This document shows positions 8,985 through 19,712 of a stretch of DNA of 64,000 nucleotides, piece after piece. The stretch's first letter is position 1, and every line of letters begins with the position of its first letter. The notes under the pieces are model-generated. The model saw only the letters and a list, made by a program, of their open reading frames with translations, ran no database searches and had not been told where the DNA came from. The DNA is from Rhizobiales bacterium 62-47. GTDB taxonomy: Bacteria > Pseudomonadota > Alphaproteobacteria > Rhizobiales > Xanthobacteraceae. The stretch is taken from the NCBI GenBank assembly GCA_001899255.1, contig MKVX01000023.1:217660-281659 (forward strand), read 5' to 3'. Both the position numbers and the translations under genes were made by a program.

Positions 8985-10697
8985 CTACGCTTTGCCTCTG
9001 CCGGTCATGAAATCGAAATCGCAGCCATCGTCGGCCTGCAAAATGGTTTCATGAAACAGATGCGCATAACCGCGCCGCGCCCAGTCCGGCGTGGCTGGGA
9101 GTTGTAGTGTTGCACGGCGGCGCTGCAGTTCGGTATCGTCTACCAGCAGTTCGATGCTGCGCGCAGCCACGTCGAGCCGGATGCGATCGCCGCTTCGCAC
9201 CAGCGCCAGTGGCCCACCGACGGCGGACTCGGGCGTGATGTGCAGTACAATGGTTCCAAACGCGGTGCCGCTCATCCGCGCATCGGAAATCCGCACCATG
9301 TCCTTGACGCCCTCGCGCGCCAGCTTCTTCGGAATCGGTAGATAACCGGCCTCCGGCATCCCCGGCGCGCCCTTCGGGCCGGCGTTGCGCAACACCATTA
9401 CGTCATCGGCGGTGACGTCAAGCGCCGGATCATCGATCCGCAACGTCATGTCCTCGACCGACTCGAACACCACCGCGCGCCCCGTATGTTGCAGCAATTT
9501 TTCGCTCGCCGCCGAATGCTTGATGACCGCGCCGCGCGGCGCCAGATTGCCATGCAGCACCGCCATCGCGCCCTCGCGGCGGATCGGGTTGTCGCGCGAC
9601 CGGATGGCGTCCTGTCCGGGCACCTCCTCGGCGTTGGCGACGACCTCGCGCAGCGTGGCGCCGGTGATCGTCTTGGCATCGAGATCGATCAGGTCGCCGA
9701 GCTGCCTCATCAGCTTCGGCACGCCGCCGGCATGGTGGAAATGCTCCATGTAGTGCTCGCCGGACGGCTTGAGATCGACCAGCACGGGCACCTCGCGGCC
9801 CAATTTGTCGAACGCAGCGAGATCGACGCGATGCGGCGTGCGATTGGCAATCGCCGTGAGATGGATCAGCCCATTGGTCGAACCGCCGATGGCCTGCAGC
9901 ACCACCTGCGCGTTGCGGAACGCCGCAGGCGTCAGCAATTCACTCGGCCTCGGGCCCTTGCGCTTGGCCATCTCCGCCGCGCACTTGCCGCTGGCTTCGG
10001 CCGAGCGGATGCGCTCGGCATGCGGCGCGGGAATCGTCGCGCTCATCGGCAGCGACAGGCCCAGCGCTTCGGTGACGCAGGCCATGGTGCTTGCGGTGCC
10101 CATCACCATGCATGTTCCCACCGACGGCGCGAGGCGGCCGTTGACGGCTTCGATTTCGGCATCGTCGATTTCGCCGGCGCGATATTTCGCCCACAAGCGG
10201 CGGCAATCGGTACAGGCCCCGAGCACCTCGCCCTTGTGATGGCCAACCACCATGGGACCGACCGGTATCACCACCGTCGGCAGATCAGCGCTGACCGCAG
10301 CCATGATCTGCGCCGGCAAAGTCTTGTCGCAGCCGCCGATGACGATCACGGCGTCCATCGGCTGGGCGCGGATCATCTCCTCGGTATCCATCGCCATCAG
10401 ATTTCGCAGATACATAGAGGTCGGATGAGAAAAACTCTCCCCGATCGAGATAGTCGGGAACACCATCGGCAGCGCGCCCGCCAGCATGACGCCGCGCTTC
10501 GCCGCTTCGATCAGCGCCGGTGCATTGCCGTGGCACGGATTATAGTCGCTATGGGTGTTTGTGATGCCGACGATCGGCCGGTTCAGCGCATCGTCGGAAT
10601 AGCCTGCCGCCTTGATGAAAGCCTTGCGCAGAAACAGCGAGAAGCCCGCATCGCCATAGCTCGTCAGTCCCTTGCGAAGCCCATCGGCCATCGGCAT
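8985..10697 (-). CDS. IlvD/Edd family dehydratase (sugar-acid/dihydroxy-acid dehydratase type)
   Basis: 570 aa with family motifs PIVGITNTHSDYNPCH, VIVIGGCDKTLPA, SVGTCMVMGTASTMA, GGSTNGLIHL, MSGTAFGT. An alternative ATG at 10691 has better SD spacing. Confidence 0.9.
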   Translation of the reverse strand: MPMADGLRKGLTSYGDAGFSLFLRKAFIKAAGYSDDALNRPIVGITNTHSDYNPCHGNAPALIEAAKRGVMLAGALPMVFPTISIGESFSHPTSMYLRNLMAMDTEEMIRAQPMDAVIVIGGCDKTLPAQIMAAVSADLPTVVIPVGPMVVGHHKGEVLGACTDCRRLWAKYRAGEIDDAEIEAVNGRLAPSVGTCMVMGTASTMACVTEALGLSLPMSATIPAPHAERIRSAEASGKCAAEMAKRKGPRPSELLTPAAFRNAQVVLQAIGGSTNGLIHLTAIANRTPHRVDLAAFDKLGREVPVLVDLKPSGEHYMEHFHHAGGVPKLMRQLGDLIDLDAKTITGATLREVVANAEEVPGQDAIRSRDNPIRREGAMAVLHGNLAPRGAVIKHSAASEKLLQHTGRAVVFESVEDMTLRIDDPALDVTADDVMVLRNAGPKGAPGMPEAGYLPIPKKLAREGVKDMVRISDARMSGTAFGTIVLHITPESAVGGPLALVRSGDRIRLDVAARSIELLVDDTELQRRRATLQLPATPDWARRGYAHLFHETILQADDGCDFDFMTGRGKA

Positions 10698-10852
10698 TTC
10701 CTTGTCGCTTGCTTGTTATCCGACAGTTAGGTGGCCATCGCGATTGTTGTCAACAATCCGCGCAATCACGCTGTGTTGCACGAAACGCCCCCACCGCGCA
10801 TGATGCGAGGCAATTCGCCCCCGCCCTGCCAACCTTCCACTACGAGACCGCC

Positions 10853-11824
<972 letters not shown>

Positions 11825-11839
11825 CGTTTTTTTGCGTGC

Positions 11840-12964
11840 TTACAGCGTCCGGTACCGTTCGATTGCTGCAATGTCCGGCGCGATGCCGAGGCCGGATGCC
11901 TCCGGCAGTTCGATCCAGCCATCCTCGATGCTGGCAACCGCACCGCAGAACTGGTCGCGCAGCGGATTGTCGTTGCTGTCGACTTCCAGCATGCCGTCGC
12001 CGCCTGCGGCGGCCAGCAGATGCGCCGATGCCAGCAACCCGATGCCACCGCCGAGATAATGCGGGCAATACATACGCCCGGCGGCGATGACATCGCGCGC
12101 AACCGCGATGCAACCGGTGATGCCGCCCCACTTCGCCACGTCGGGCTGCACTACGGAGAATACATCCTGCGCGAGGGCGGTGGAGAAGGCGTCGCGGCCC
12201 GCGATGTTTTCACCGCCCGCCAACGGTATCGCGGTTCCCTGCTTCAAAGTCTGCCACTCAGGCCACGGCAGGTCGGCGCGCAGCGGCTCCTCCAGCCAGG
12301 CCAGATCGAATTGCTCCAGAGCGGGCGTCAATCGCATCGCTTGCTCGAGTGTCCACGCCTGATTGACGTCCACGGCAATGGGATCGCTACCGATCACCCG
12401 ACGCAATTCCGTAAGATTGGCGACATCACGCTCCGCATCGAAGCCGATCTTCAGTTTGAAGGCACGATGCCCGCGCCCGAGCGCTGCCTCGGCCATCGCC
12501 ACCGATCCGGTGGGGTTGATGCCGCTGGCATAAACGCGCATGCGGCCCGACGTGCCACCGAGCAAACGCCAAAGCGGCGACCTGGCACGCTGCGCGAACA
12601 CGTCCCACAGCGCGATGTCAATCCCCGCAATCGCCTGCGCGAACGGACCCGGTTCGCCGGATTGCAGTGCCATGACGCTCATTTGCGTACTGAGATGTTC
12701 AAACACCTCCGACGGGTGCGTGACGCTGCGCTGCGCCAGCATCGGGGCCAGCATGTCATTGATGAGACGAGTGCGATGTTCGGCGCCGACCGCCGGAAAA
12801 TTGCACCACACTTCGCCCCAGCCCACGACACCGTCGCTATCTTCGACGCGGATGAACACAGCGGGACGGTCGCGCATGGTGCCGAACGACGTCACCACCG
12901 GCGTCGTCAGCGGATAGCGATAGCAGAACGCCTGAACGCTACGGATGTGAAACGCGTCCGTCAT
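11840..12964 (-). CDS. mandelate racemase/muconate lactonizing enzyme family (enolase superfamily) protein
   Basis: 374 aa. Contains FKLKIG, the metal-ligand strands VDVNQAW, WLEEPL and GGENI, and the HYLGGGIG end of the barrel. Confidence 0.85.
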   Translation of the reverse strand: MTDAFHIRSVQAFCYRYPLTTPVVTSFGTMRDRPAVFIRVEDSDGVVGWGEVWCNFPAVGAEHRTRLINDMLAPMLAQRSVTHPSEVFEHLSTQMSVMALQSGEPGPFAQAIAGIDIALWDVFAQRARSPLWRLLGGTSGRMRVYASGINPTGSVAMAEAALGRGHRAFKLKIGFDAERDVANLTELRRVIGSDPIAVDVNQAWTLEQAMRLTPALEQFDLAWLEEPLRADLPWPEWQTLKQGTAIPLAGGENIAGRDAFSTALAQDVFSVVQPDVAKWGGITGCIAVARDVIAAGRMYCPHYLGGGIGLLASAHLLAAAGGDGMLEVDSNDNPLRDQFCGAVASIEDGWIELPEASGLGIAPDIAAIERYRTL

Positions 12965-12991
12965 CGGTCCTTCTCACACGTCATCGTCAGA

Positions 12992-13037
12992 AGGCAAAAG
13001 AAACGCCGGAGCGGGATTGCGATCCCGTTCCGGCGTT
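12992..13037 (-). terminator. rho-independent terminator after the aldehyde dehydrogenase gene
   Basis: Stem AACGCCGGA(G)CGGGA / TCCCG(T)TCCGGCGTT (13002-13016 with 13023-13037) with loop TTGCGA. On the minus strand it is followed by UCUUUUGCCUU. Confidence 0.55.
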
Positions 13038-13056
13038 GTGCTGTTCATTGCGTCGA

Positions 13057-14487
13057 TCAGGCCGCGTTGAACCCGGCGATGGCTTTCACCTCGAGATATT
13101 CCTCGAGACCGAACTTGCCCCACTCGCGGCCGTTGCCGGACTGCTTGTAGCCACCGAACGGCGCGGTGCGCTCATTCGGCACGCCGTTGAGATTGACGTT
13201 GCCGGCGCGGATCTGGCGGCCGACCTTGCGCGCCCGCTCGACGGTTCCGGCCGACACATAACCCGCGAGACCGTACGGCGTATCGTTGGCGATCTTCACC
13301 GCCTCCGCCTCATCCTTCGCGCCCATGATGACCAGCACCGGCCCGAAGATTTCTTCGTTGGCGATGGTCATCTTGTCGGTGACGTCGGCGAAGATCGTCG
13401 GGCGCACATAGAAGCCCTTGTTGACGCCTTCCGGCAGACCGGGACCGCCGGCCACCAGTGTCGCACCTTCGTCGATGCCCTTCTGGATCAGGCCTTGAAT
13501 CTTGTCCCACTGCACGCGGTTGACCACCGGCCCGATGGTGGTGCCTTCGGCGCGCGGATCGCCCGCCTTGGTCTTGTCGGCAACGCCCTTGGCGATGGCG
13601 GCAACCTCCTTCATTTTCGACAGCGGCACGATCATGCGCGACGGCGCATTGCACGACTGGCCGGAGTTGTTGAACATGTGCGCCACGCCACCGGTCACCG
13701 CCTTGGCAAGGTCTGCGTCGTCAAGGATGACGTTCGGCGACTTGCCGCCGAGTTCCTGACTGACGCGCTTGACGGTCGGCGCAGCGCGCTTCGCCACGTC
13801 GATGCCGGCGCGGGTCGAGCCGGTGAACGAGATCATGTCGATATCCGGATGCTCGCTCATCGCCGCGCCCACCTCTGGGCCGAGGCCATTGACGAGATTG
13901 AAGACGCCCTTCGGCACACCGGCTTCATGCAGGATCTCGGCGAAGATCAACGCCGACGTCGGCGTATATTCCGACGGCTTGAGGATCATGGTGCAGCCCG
14001 CGGCCAGCGCCGGAGCGACCTTGCAGGCGATCTGGTTCAGCGGCCAATTCCACGGCGTGATCATGCCGATGACGCCAATCGGTTCGCGCACCACGACTGC
14101 GGAACCAAGCGGTTCCTCGAACTGATAGTTCTTCAGTACTTCGAGGGTCGAGGCGAGATGGCCGAGGCCGGCACCCGCCTGCAAGCGTTCGGCCATCGGC
14201 AGCGGCGCGCCCATCTCATCGGAGACGGCGGCGCCGATCTCCTTCATGCGCCCCTTGTAAATCTCGATGATCTTGCTGAGCAGCGCGACCCGCTCCTCGC
14301 GGCTGGTCTGCGAGTAGGTCTCGAAAGCCCGCTTGGCGGCGGCAACGGCCTTGTCGACGTCGGCCTTGGAGCCGAGCGCAACGTCGTACATCGCATCTTC
14401 GGTGGCGGGATTGATCACCGGCGTCGACTTCTTGACGACGGGATCGACCCAAGCGCCGTCGATGTAGAACTGCATGCGATTGACCAT
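13057..14487 (-). CDS. NAD(P)-dependent aldehyde dehydrogenase
   Basis: 476 aa. Contains ELGGKSP, the catalytic-Cys motif FNNSGQSCNAPSR, FTGST and PFGGYKQSGNGRE. ATG at 14487 after GAGG. Confidence 0.9.
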   Translation of the reverse strand: MVNRMQFYIDGAWVDPVVKKSTPVINPATEDAMYDVALGSKADVDKAVAAAKRAFETYSQTSREERVALLSKIIEIYKGRMKEIGAAVSDEMGAPLPMAERLQAGAGLGHLASTLEVLKNYQFEEPLGSAVVVREPIGVIGMITPWNWPLNQIACKVAPALAAGCTMILKPSEYTPTSALIFAEILHEAGVPKGVFNLVNGLGPEVGAAMSEHPDIDMISFTGSTRAGIDVAKRAAPTVKRVSQELGGKSPNVILDDADLAKAVTGGVAHMFNNSGQSCNAPSRMIVPLSKMKEVAAIAKGVADKTKAGDPRAEGTTIGPVVNRVQWDKIQGLIQKGIDEGATLVAGGPGLPEGVNKGFYVRPTIFADVTDKMTIANEEIFGPVLVIMGAKDEAEAVKIANDTPYGLAGYVSAGTVERARKVGRQIRAGNVNLNGVPNERTAPFGGYKQSGNGREWGKFGLEEYLEVKAIAGFNAA

Positions 14488-14653
14488 GACGAGACCTCAC
14501 AGATTTCGTGATATTTGGATGGAACGGAGACGTTCTGACACCATCCTTGCACGAAACTTCAGGGAATTGAACCCGCCTGACGCAAGGGTCACGAATGCGA
14601 TTGCGGCATCTCGTCAAATTAGCGTGTAGACGCAAGTCGGCCGCCAGAAACGC

Positions 14654-17050
14654 CTAAACCGCCAGCTTGCGATGTCGCACCGGCCCGCCAGCGGTCAGCG
14701 ATTCCGCTGCGTCGATGATCGCGTTGGCATCGAGCCCATAGTGCCGATACAGATCGCCGAGGCTGCCGGTCTGGCCGAAGTGCTCGACGCCAAGCGCTTC
14801 CATGCGATGACCGCACACCGCACCGATCCAGCCGAGCGTCGCCGGATGCCCGTCGAGCACAGTGACAATGCCGCAATCGCGCCGCAGCGGCGCCAGCAGT
14901 TTCTCGATGTGGCTCATATAGGGCGCGCCACGCCGCTCGCGCCGCATTTTCCGCGCGGCGGTCCAACCGGCATGCAGCCGGTCCGCCGAAGTGATCGCCA
15001 GCAGTCCAACGTCGCGGCGGCTCTCGCCGAGCAGGCCGATGGCTTCAATGGCCTCCGGTGCCACCGCCCCGGTATACGCCACCACCACCTCTGCATTCGG
15101 TCCCGGTTCGCGCAGCCAATAGGCGCCATCGGCGATATGCCGCTGCAGCCCCGGCGTCATGATCCGCTGCGGTTGGTCGATGGTGCGGGTGGACAGCCGC
15201 AGATAGACCGATCCACCGCTGCGCATGCCGCTCTGCTCGTCGCCCTTGTCGTTAAGATCGCGCTGCATATGCGCGAAGCCCCAGCGCATGATGCTGGCGA
15301 GTTCATCGACAAACGCCGGCTCGAATGACGCCAGCCCGTCCTGCGCCATGCCGATCAGCGGTGTCGCGATCGACTGATGCGCCCCGCCTTCCGGCGCCAG
15401 CGTGATGCCGGACGGTGTCGCAGCCACCATGAAGCGCGCATCCTGATAGCAGGCGTAGTTCAACGCATCGAGTCCGCGCTCGATGAACGGATCGTACAGC
15501 GTCGCGATCGGCAGGAGCCGCGCGCCATTGATCTCGTGCGATAATCCAAGCGCCGACATCAGGATGAACAAATTCATCTCGGCGATGCCGAGTTCGATGT
15601 GTTGCCCCTTCGGCGAATACTCCCAGGTAAAGGTCGAGGGAATCTTCTCCTTCCTGAACAGGTCCGCGGCGGTCGCCTTGGCGAACAACCCGCGCCGATT
15701 GACCCACGGTCCAAGATTGGTCGAGACCGTGACGTCGGGCGACGCGGTGACGATGCGCGACGCAAGATCGGAATCGCCGCGCGCCAGTTCATTGAGGATC
15801 AGGCCGAAGCCTTGCTGCGTCGACATCTGCGCAGCAGGCGTGAATGCCAGCCGTTCCGGCATGGCGACCTGGGGTGCATCGAGACGCCGCTTGCCATCGC
15901 GATTGAACGGCACATGCTGCAGGAAAGTAGCGAGTTCGTCGGACGATTGCGGCAGGCCCTCGAACTTGTCCCATTCATGACCGTCCCGGATATTCTGCGC
16001 CTGACGGAAGGCCTCCATCTGGGTCGGCGTCATCAGCCCGGCGTGGTTGTCCTTGTGGCCCTGGAACGGCAGGCCTACGCCCTTGATGGTGTAGGCGATG
16101 AAGCACACTGGGCGATCGTGATCGATGGCTTCGAAGGCTTCCAGCATCGAGGCCATATCGTGGCCGCCGAGATTCGACATCAGCGCCAGCAATTCCGCGT
16201 CGGTGCGCCGCTCGATCAGCGCCGTCACTGGGCCCTGATCGCCGATCTCGTCATGCAGCCGCTTGCGGAACGCCGCGCCGCCTTGAAAACACAGTGCCGC
16301 ATACATCTGGTTCGGGCAGTTGTCGATCCAGCGGCGCAGCGCTTCGCCGCCCGGTTCGGCGAACGCCGCCTGCATCAGCTTGCCATACTTCACAATCACC
16401 ACGTCCCAGCCGAAGTTGCGGAACATGGTCTCGAACTTCTCCCAAAGACCCTCGCGCACCACGGCATCGAGGCTCTGGCGATTGTAGTCGACGATCCACC
16501 AGGTATTGCGCAGTCCCTGCTTCCAGCCTTCGAGCAATGCCTCGAAGATGTTGCCCTCGTCCATCTCGGCGTCGCCGACCAGCGCGATCATCCGTCCTTC
16601 ACGACGACCGTTCAACCAGCCATGGGCGCCGACATAATCCTGCACCAGCGACGAGAACAACGTCTGCGCCACGCCGAGCCCGACCGAGCCGGTGGAAAAA
16701 TCGACATCGTCGACATCCTTGGTGCGTGACGGATACGACTGCGCGCCCTTGTAGCCGCGGAAATTTTCCAGCTTGTCGCGGGTCTGATGCCCGAACAGAT
16801 ATTGGATGGCGTGAAACACCGGACTGGCGTGCGGCTTCACCGCGACGCGATCTTCCGGCCTCAGGACGCAGAAATACAGCGCCGACATGATGGTAGCGAG
16901 AGATGCCGACGACGCCTGATGTCCACCGACCTTCAGACCATCGACATTGGGCCGCACATGATTGGCGTGATGGATGGTCCACGACGACAGCCACAGCACC
17001 TTGCGTGCGAGGGCTGTCAGCAGTTCAAGGCGACGGGGATCGAGGGGCAT
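14654..17050 (-). CDS. homodimeric E1-type (AceE/MdeB-like) thiamine-diphosphate 2-oxoacid dehydrogenase/transketolase-like enzyme
   Basis: 798 aa. ThDP/Mg motif VGDAEMDEGNIFEAL and GGHQASSASLATI, with a transketolase-like pyrimidine-binding and C-terminal domain. Size and layout match the E1 component of pyruvate dehydrogenase. Confidence 0.8.
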   Translation of the reverse strand: MPLDPRRLELLTALARKVLWLSSWTIHHANHVRPNVDGLKVGGHQASSASLATIMSALYFCVLRPEDRVAVKPHASPVFHAIQYLFGHQTRDKLENFRGYKGAQSYPSRTKDVDDVDFSTGSVGLGVAQTLFSSLVQDYVGAHGWLNGRREGRMIALVGDAEMDEGNIFEALLEGWKQGLRNTWWIVDYNRQSLDAVVREGLWEKFETMFRNFGWDVVIVKYGKLMQAAFAEPGGEALRRWIDNCPNQMYAALCFQGGAAFRKRLHDEIGDQGPVTALIERRTDAELLALMSNLGGHDMASMLEAFEAIDHDRPVCFIAYTIKGVGLPFQGHKDNHAGLMTPTQMEAFRQAQNIRDGHEWDKFEGLPQSSDELATFLQHVPFNRDGKRRLDAPQVAMPERLAFTPAAQMSTQQGFGLILNELARGDSDLASRIVTASPDVTVSTNLGPWVNRRGLFAKATAADLFRKEKIPSTFTWEYSPKGQHIELGIAEMNLFILMSALGLSHEINGARLLPIATLYDPFIERGLDALNYACYQDARFMVAATPSGITLAPEGGAHQSIATPLIGMAQDGLASFEPAFVDELASIMRWGFAHMQRDLNDKGDEQSGMRSGGSVYLRLSTRTIDQPQRIMTPGLQRHIADGAYWLREPGPNAEVVVAYTGAVAPEAIEAIGLLGESRRDVGLLAITSADRLHAGWTAARKMRRERRGAPYMSHIEKLLAPLRRDCGIVTVLDGHPATLGWIGAVCGHRMEALGVEHFGQTGSLGDLYRHYGLDANAIIDAAESLTAGGPVRHRKLAV

Positions 17051-17186
17051 GGCGAAGACTCACATGAGCGATGCAAGTCTCATGGTAGCCGGGACGCGAC
17101 CTCCGTAATTCTCAAAATTTCGCGCGCTATCGATATTTATTGGTATATCATACTAATAATTTGCAGATTTTAATGGATCCTTCCCA
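17051..17186. promoter_or_regulatory. divergent promoter/operator region between the E1-like gene and lrp
   Basis: 136-bp spacer whose core (about 17108-17175) is conspicuously AT-rich for this genome (..aaaatttcgcgcgctatcgatatttattggtatatcatactaataatttgcagattttaat..). Lrp-family proteins typically bind AT-rich sites. Confidence 0.35.
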
Positions 17187-17648
17187 GTGAATACCCTCGA
17201 CACCATCGACCGCAAGATCATCGCCATCCTGCAGCGGGATGGACGAACGACCATGCAGGAGCTCGCTGACAAGGTCGGGCTCTCGGTCTCGCCATGCCAT
17301 CGTCGTGTCAAGCTGCTGGAAGAGCGCGGCGTCATCACCCGCTACATCGCGACCGTCGATCAGACATCGCTCGGACTGCATGTCAGCGTCTTCATCTCGA
17401 TCAAGCTGGCGCGGCAGAAGGAAGAAGACCTCGACCGTTTCGCCAAAGCGATCTCCGGCTGGGACGAAGTGCTGGAGTGCTACCTGATGACCGGCAATCG
17501 CGATTATCTGTTGCGCGTGGTCGCCGCCGACCTGCCGTCCTACGAAACGTTTCTGAAGACCAAACTGACACGGCTCGATGGCATCGCCTCGATCGAGTCG
17601 AGCTTCGCGCTCAGCCAGGTGAAATATTCCATCGCGCTGCCGGTATGA
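17187..17648 (+). CDS. Lrp/AsnC family transcriptional regulator
   Basis: 153 aa with a GTG start. N-terminal HTH LDTIDRKIIAILQRDGRTTMQELADKVGLSVSPCHRRVKLLEERGVI and a C-terminal RAM/ACT-like domain. Confidence 0.9.
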   Translation: MNTLDTIDRKIIAILQRDGRTTMQELADKVGLSVSPCHRRVKLLEERGVITRYIATVDQTSLGLHVSVFISIKLARQKEEDLDRFAKAISGWDEVLECYLMTGNRDYLLRVVAADLPSYETFLKTKLTRLDGIASIESSFALSQVKYSIALPV

Positions 17649-17655
17649 GCGCCGA

Positions 17656-18675
17656 TCACGCGCTGGGGTAAGCTTCCGCGGCCACTCGCCGCAATTTGCG
17701 CACCCGCTCGCGATGCGCGATGTAAAGACCGCTGCAGATGATGATCGCCGCACCCAGCACGGTCCAGCGATCCGGCAGTTCAGCGAACATCACGAAGCCC
17801 AGGATGCTGACCCACACCAGTTGGCTGTAGGTGAATGGCGCCAGCACGGATGCATCGGCGTGCCGATAGGCCAGCACGACAATCCAGTGGCCGGCCGTGG
17901 ACGACACACCGATCCCGATGGCGATGAGAACCTGGGTCCAGGTCGGCGTCACCCAGACGAACGGAACCAGCGCGGTGAGAACCGCGAGCCCGACAATCGC
18001 CGAGTATGCCATTGTCGTCACCGGGCGGTCACTGCCGCTGATCTGCCGCGTCAGCACCAGCGCAAAGGCCCAGCCCAGCGCCGACGTGATGGGAAAGAAC
18101 GCCGCGGGGTGAAACGCATCGGTGCCCGGCCGCACCACGATGAGTACCCCGACAAGGCCGACGATGGTTGCGATCCAGCGCCGCACGCCGACCTTTTCCG
18201 CCAACACGACGATCGACAGGCAGGTCACGAAGACGGGCGCGACGAACGCCGTCGCCGAGGCCTCTGCAATCGGCAGATAGCGCAGGCCCCAGATGAAAAA
18301 CAACGACGACGCCACGAGGCCGACGCCACGCAACACCTGTAAGACAGGGCGCGTCGTTCGCAGCACATTGCCGCCGGGCCGCAACACGATGGCCGGCAGC
18401 ATGATGAGCACGAACACCGAAAAACGGATCCAGGCGATTTCGATCGGAGGCAGTTCCTTGGTGAGGTATTTCGACATCGCATCCGAACAGGCCAGAAATA
18501 CCGTCGAGGCGATGACCAGCGAGATGCCGCGGAACGGCCGATCGGTTCGCTGCGGCGCGCGGGCGCGCTCACGAATCGGCGAATACCCGGAATCGCTGGC
18601 GAATGCCGGAACTGGCGTGGGAGATGGGGGCAAAACGGTCCCTGGAATCTGGTTCGGTGGAGATTGCTCGACCAA
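17656..18675 (-). CDS. DMT superfamily (EamA-type) transporter
   Basis: About 10 predicted hydrophobic spans in two EamA-like halves, plus a Pro-rich N-terminal tail. The exact start is uncertain (TTG at 18675 in the ORF track). Confidence 0.75.
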   Translation of the reverse strand: MVEQSPPNQIPGTVLPPSPTPVPAFASDSGYSPIRERARAPQRTDRPFRGISLVIASTVFLACSDAMSKYLTKELPPIEIAWIRFSVFVLIMLPAIVLRPGGNVLRTTRPVLQVLRGVGLVASSLFFIWGLRYLPIAEASATAFVAPVFVTCLSIVVLAEKVGVRRWIATIVGLVGVLIVVRPGTDAFHPAAFFPITSALGWAFALVLTRQISGSDRPVTTMAYSAIVGLAVLTALVPFVWVTPTWTQVLIAIGIGVSSTAGHWIVVLAYRHADASVLAPFTYSQLVWVSILGFVMFAELPDRWTVLGAAIIICSGLYIAHRERVRKLRRVAAEAYPSA

Positions 18676-18729
18676 ACGCTATTCGCGCCACCGCGACAAG
18701 TAGCGCGAATGGGCAGCCGTTATGCACCG

Positions 18730-19575
18730 TCATAACATCGGCAGGCTGCGCGGCTGCAGTCCGCGCGGAAAAGCGCGGTCGAGTGCGGCGATCTCGTCCT
18801 CGTTCAACGTCAAGTTGCCGGCTGCGGCGTTGTCCGCCGCATGTGACGCCGACGAGGCCTTGGGGATCGCAAAGACAATCGGTTGCCGTGTCAGGAAGCT
18901 CAGGGCAACCTGATGCGGTGTGACGTGGCGTGCATCGGCGATGGCCTGCAGCGCACGGCCCTGCGCCGAATCTCCTTGCGGAAAATCATCGTGCCCGAAC
19001 GGCGAATAGGCTGTCACAGCGACGCCGTGCGCCTCGCACCATGGGATGACCGCGTACTCGATGGCGCGCTCGCGCAAATGATACAGGACCTGATTGCAGG
19101 CAATGCGTCCCTCGCCGGCGACCGCCAGCAATTCGTCAAGATCGTCGGCATCGAAATTGCTGACGCCCCACGAACGGATCTTGCCGGCGGCGACCAGCTG
19201 CTCGAAGGCGGCGACGGTTTCTTCGAACGGATATTGTCCACGCCAGTGCAGCAGGTAGCAATCCAGCCAGTCGGTCTGCAGCCGTTTCAGCGAGCGCTCG
19301 CAGGCCGTTATCGTGCCAAGCCGCGAGGCGTTGCTGGGCAAAACCTTCGACACCAGAAAAACCTCGTCGCGGCGGCCAGCGATGGCCTGCGCGACGACCG
19401 GTTCGGCGTCGCCATACATCTCGGCGGTGTCGATATGGCTCATGCCGAGATCGAGGCCGCGCCGCAATGCCGCGATGGCCGCCGCACGATCGCCCTGATC
19501 GAGATACCATGTACCCTGCCCGATGACCGAAACGTCGCTACCTGAAGGGCCGAACGGCCGTTTTGTCATGGGCAT
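18730..19575 (-). CDS. aldo/keto reductase
   Basis: 281 aa. Contains VIGQGTW, IDTAEMYG, LDCYLLHW, VSNF and the C-terminal IPKASS motif. Confidence 0.85.
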   Translation of the reverse strand: MPMTKRPFGPSGSDVSVIGQGTWYLDQGDRAAAIAALRRGLDLGMSHIDTAEMYGDAEPVVAQAIAGRRDEVFLVSKVLPSNASRLGTITACERSLKRLQTDWLDCYLLHWRGQYPFEETVAAFEQLVAAGKIRSWGVSNFDADDLDELLAVAGEGRIACNQVLYHLRERAIEYAVIPWCEAHGVAVTAYSPFGHDDFPQGDSAQGRALQAIADARHVTPHQVALSFLTRQPIVFAIPKASSASHAADNAAAGNLTLNEDEIAALDRAFPRGLQPRSLPML

Positions 19576-19712
19576 TCGCGTTTCCGGAATTGCTTGAGGA
19601 CCGATTTACAGGACGGACTATATTGCGCAGTTTGTCTCGCGCGTGAATATTATGGCCGACCAATTCGTCAACGAAACGCCGTGAAACTGACCGTCCCCCG
19701 GAGAAATGATTG

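Noticed and set aside
9486-10730. 414-aa plus-strand ORF opposite the IlvD/Edd dehydratase
   Set aside because: Same artefact: Arg/His/Ala-rich, no recognisable domain, and antisense to a well-supported CDS.
13036-14511. 491-aa plus-strand ORF opposite the aldehyde dehydrogenase
   Set aside because: Antisense shadow ORF. Its composition is dominated by Arg, Leu, Gly, Asp and His, and it has no motifs.
15599-16729. 376-aa plus-strand ORF opposite the E1-like gene
   Set aside because: Antisense shadow ORF with no recognisable family features.
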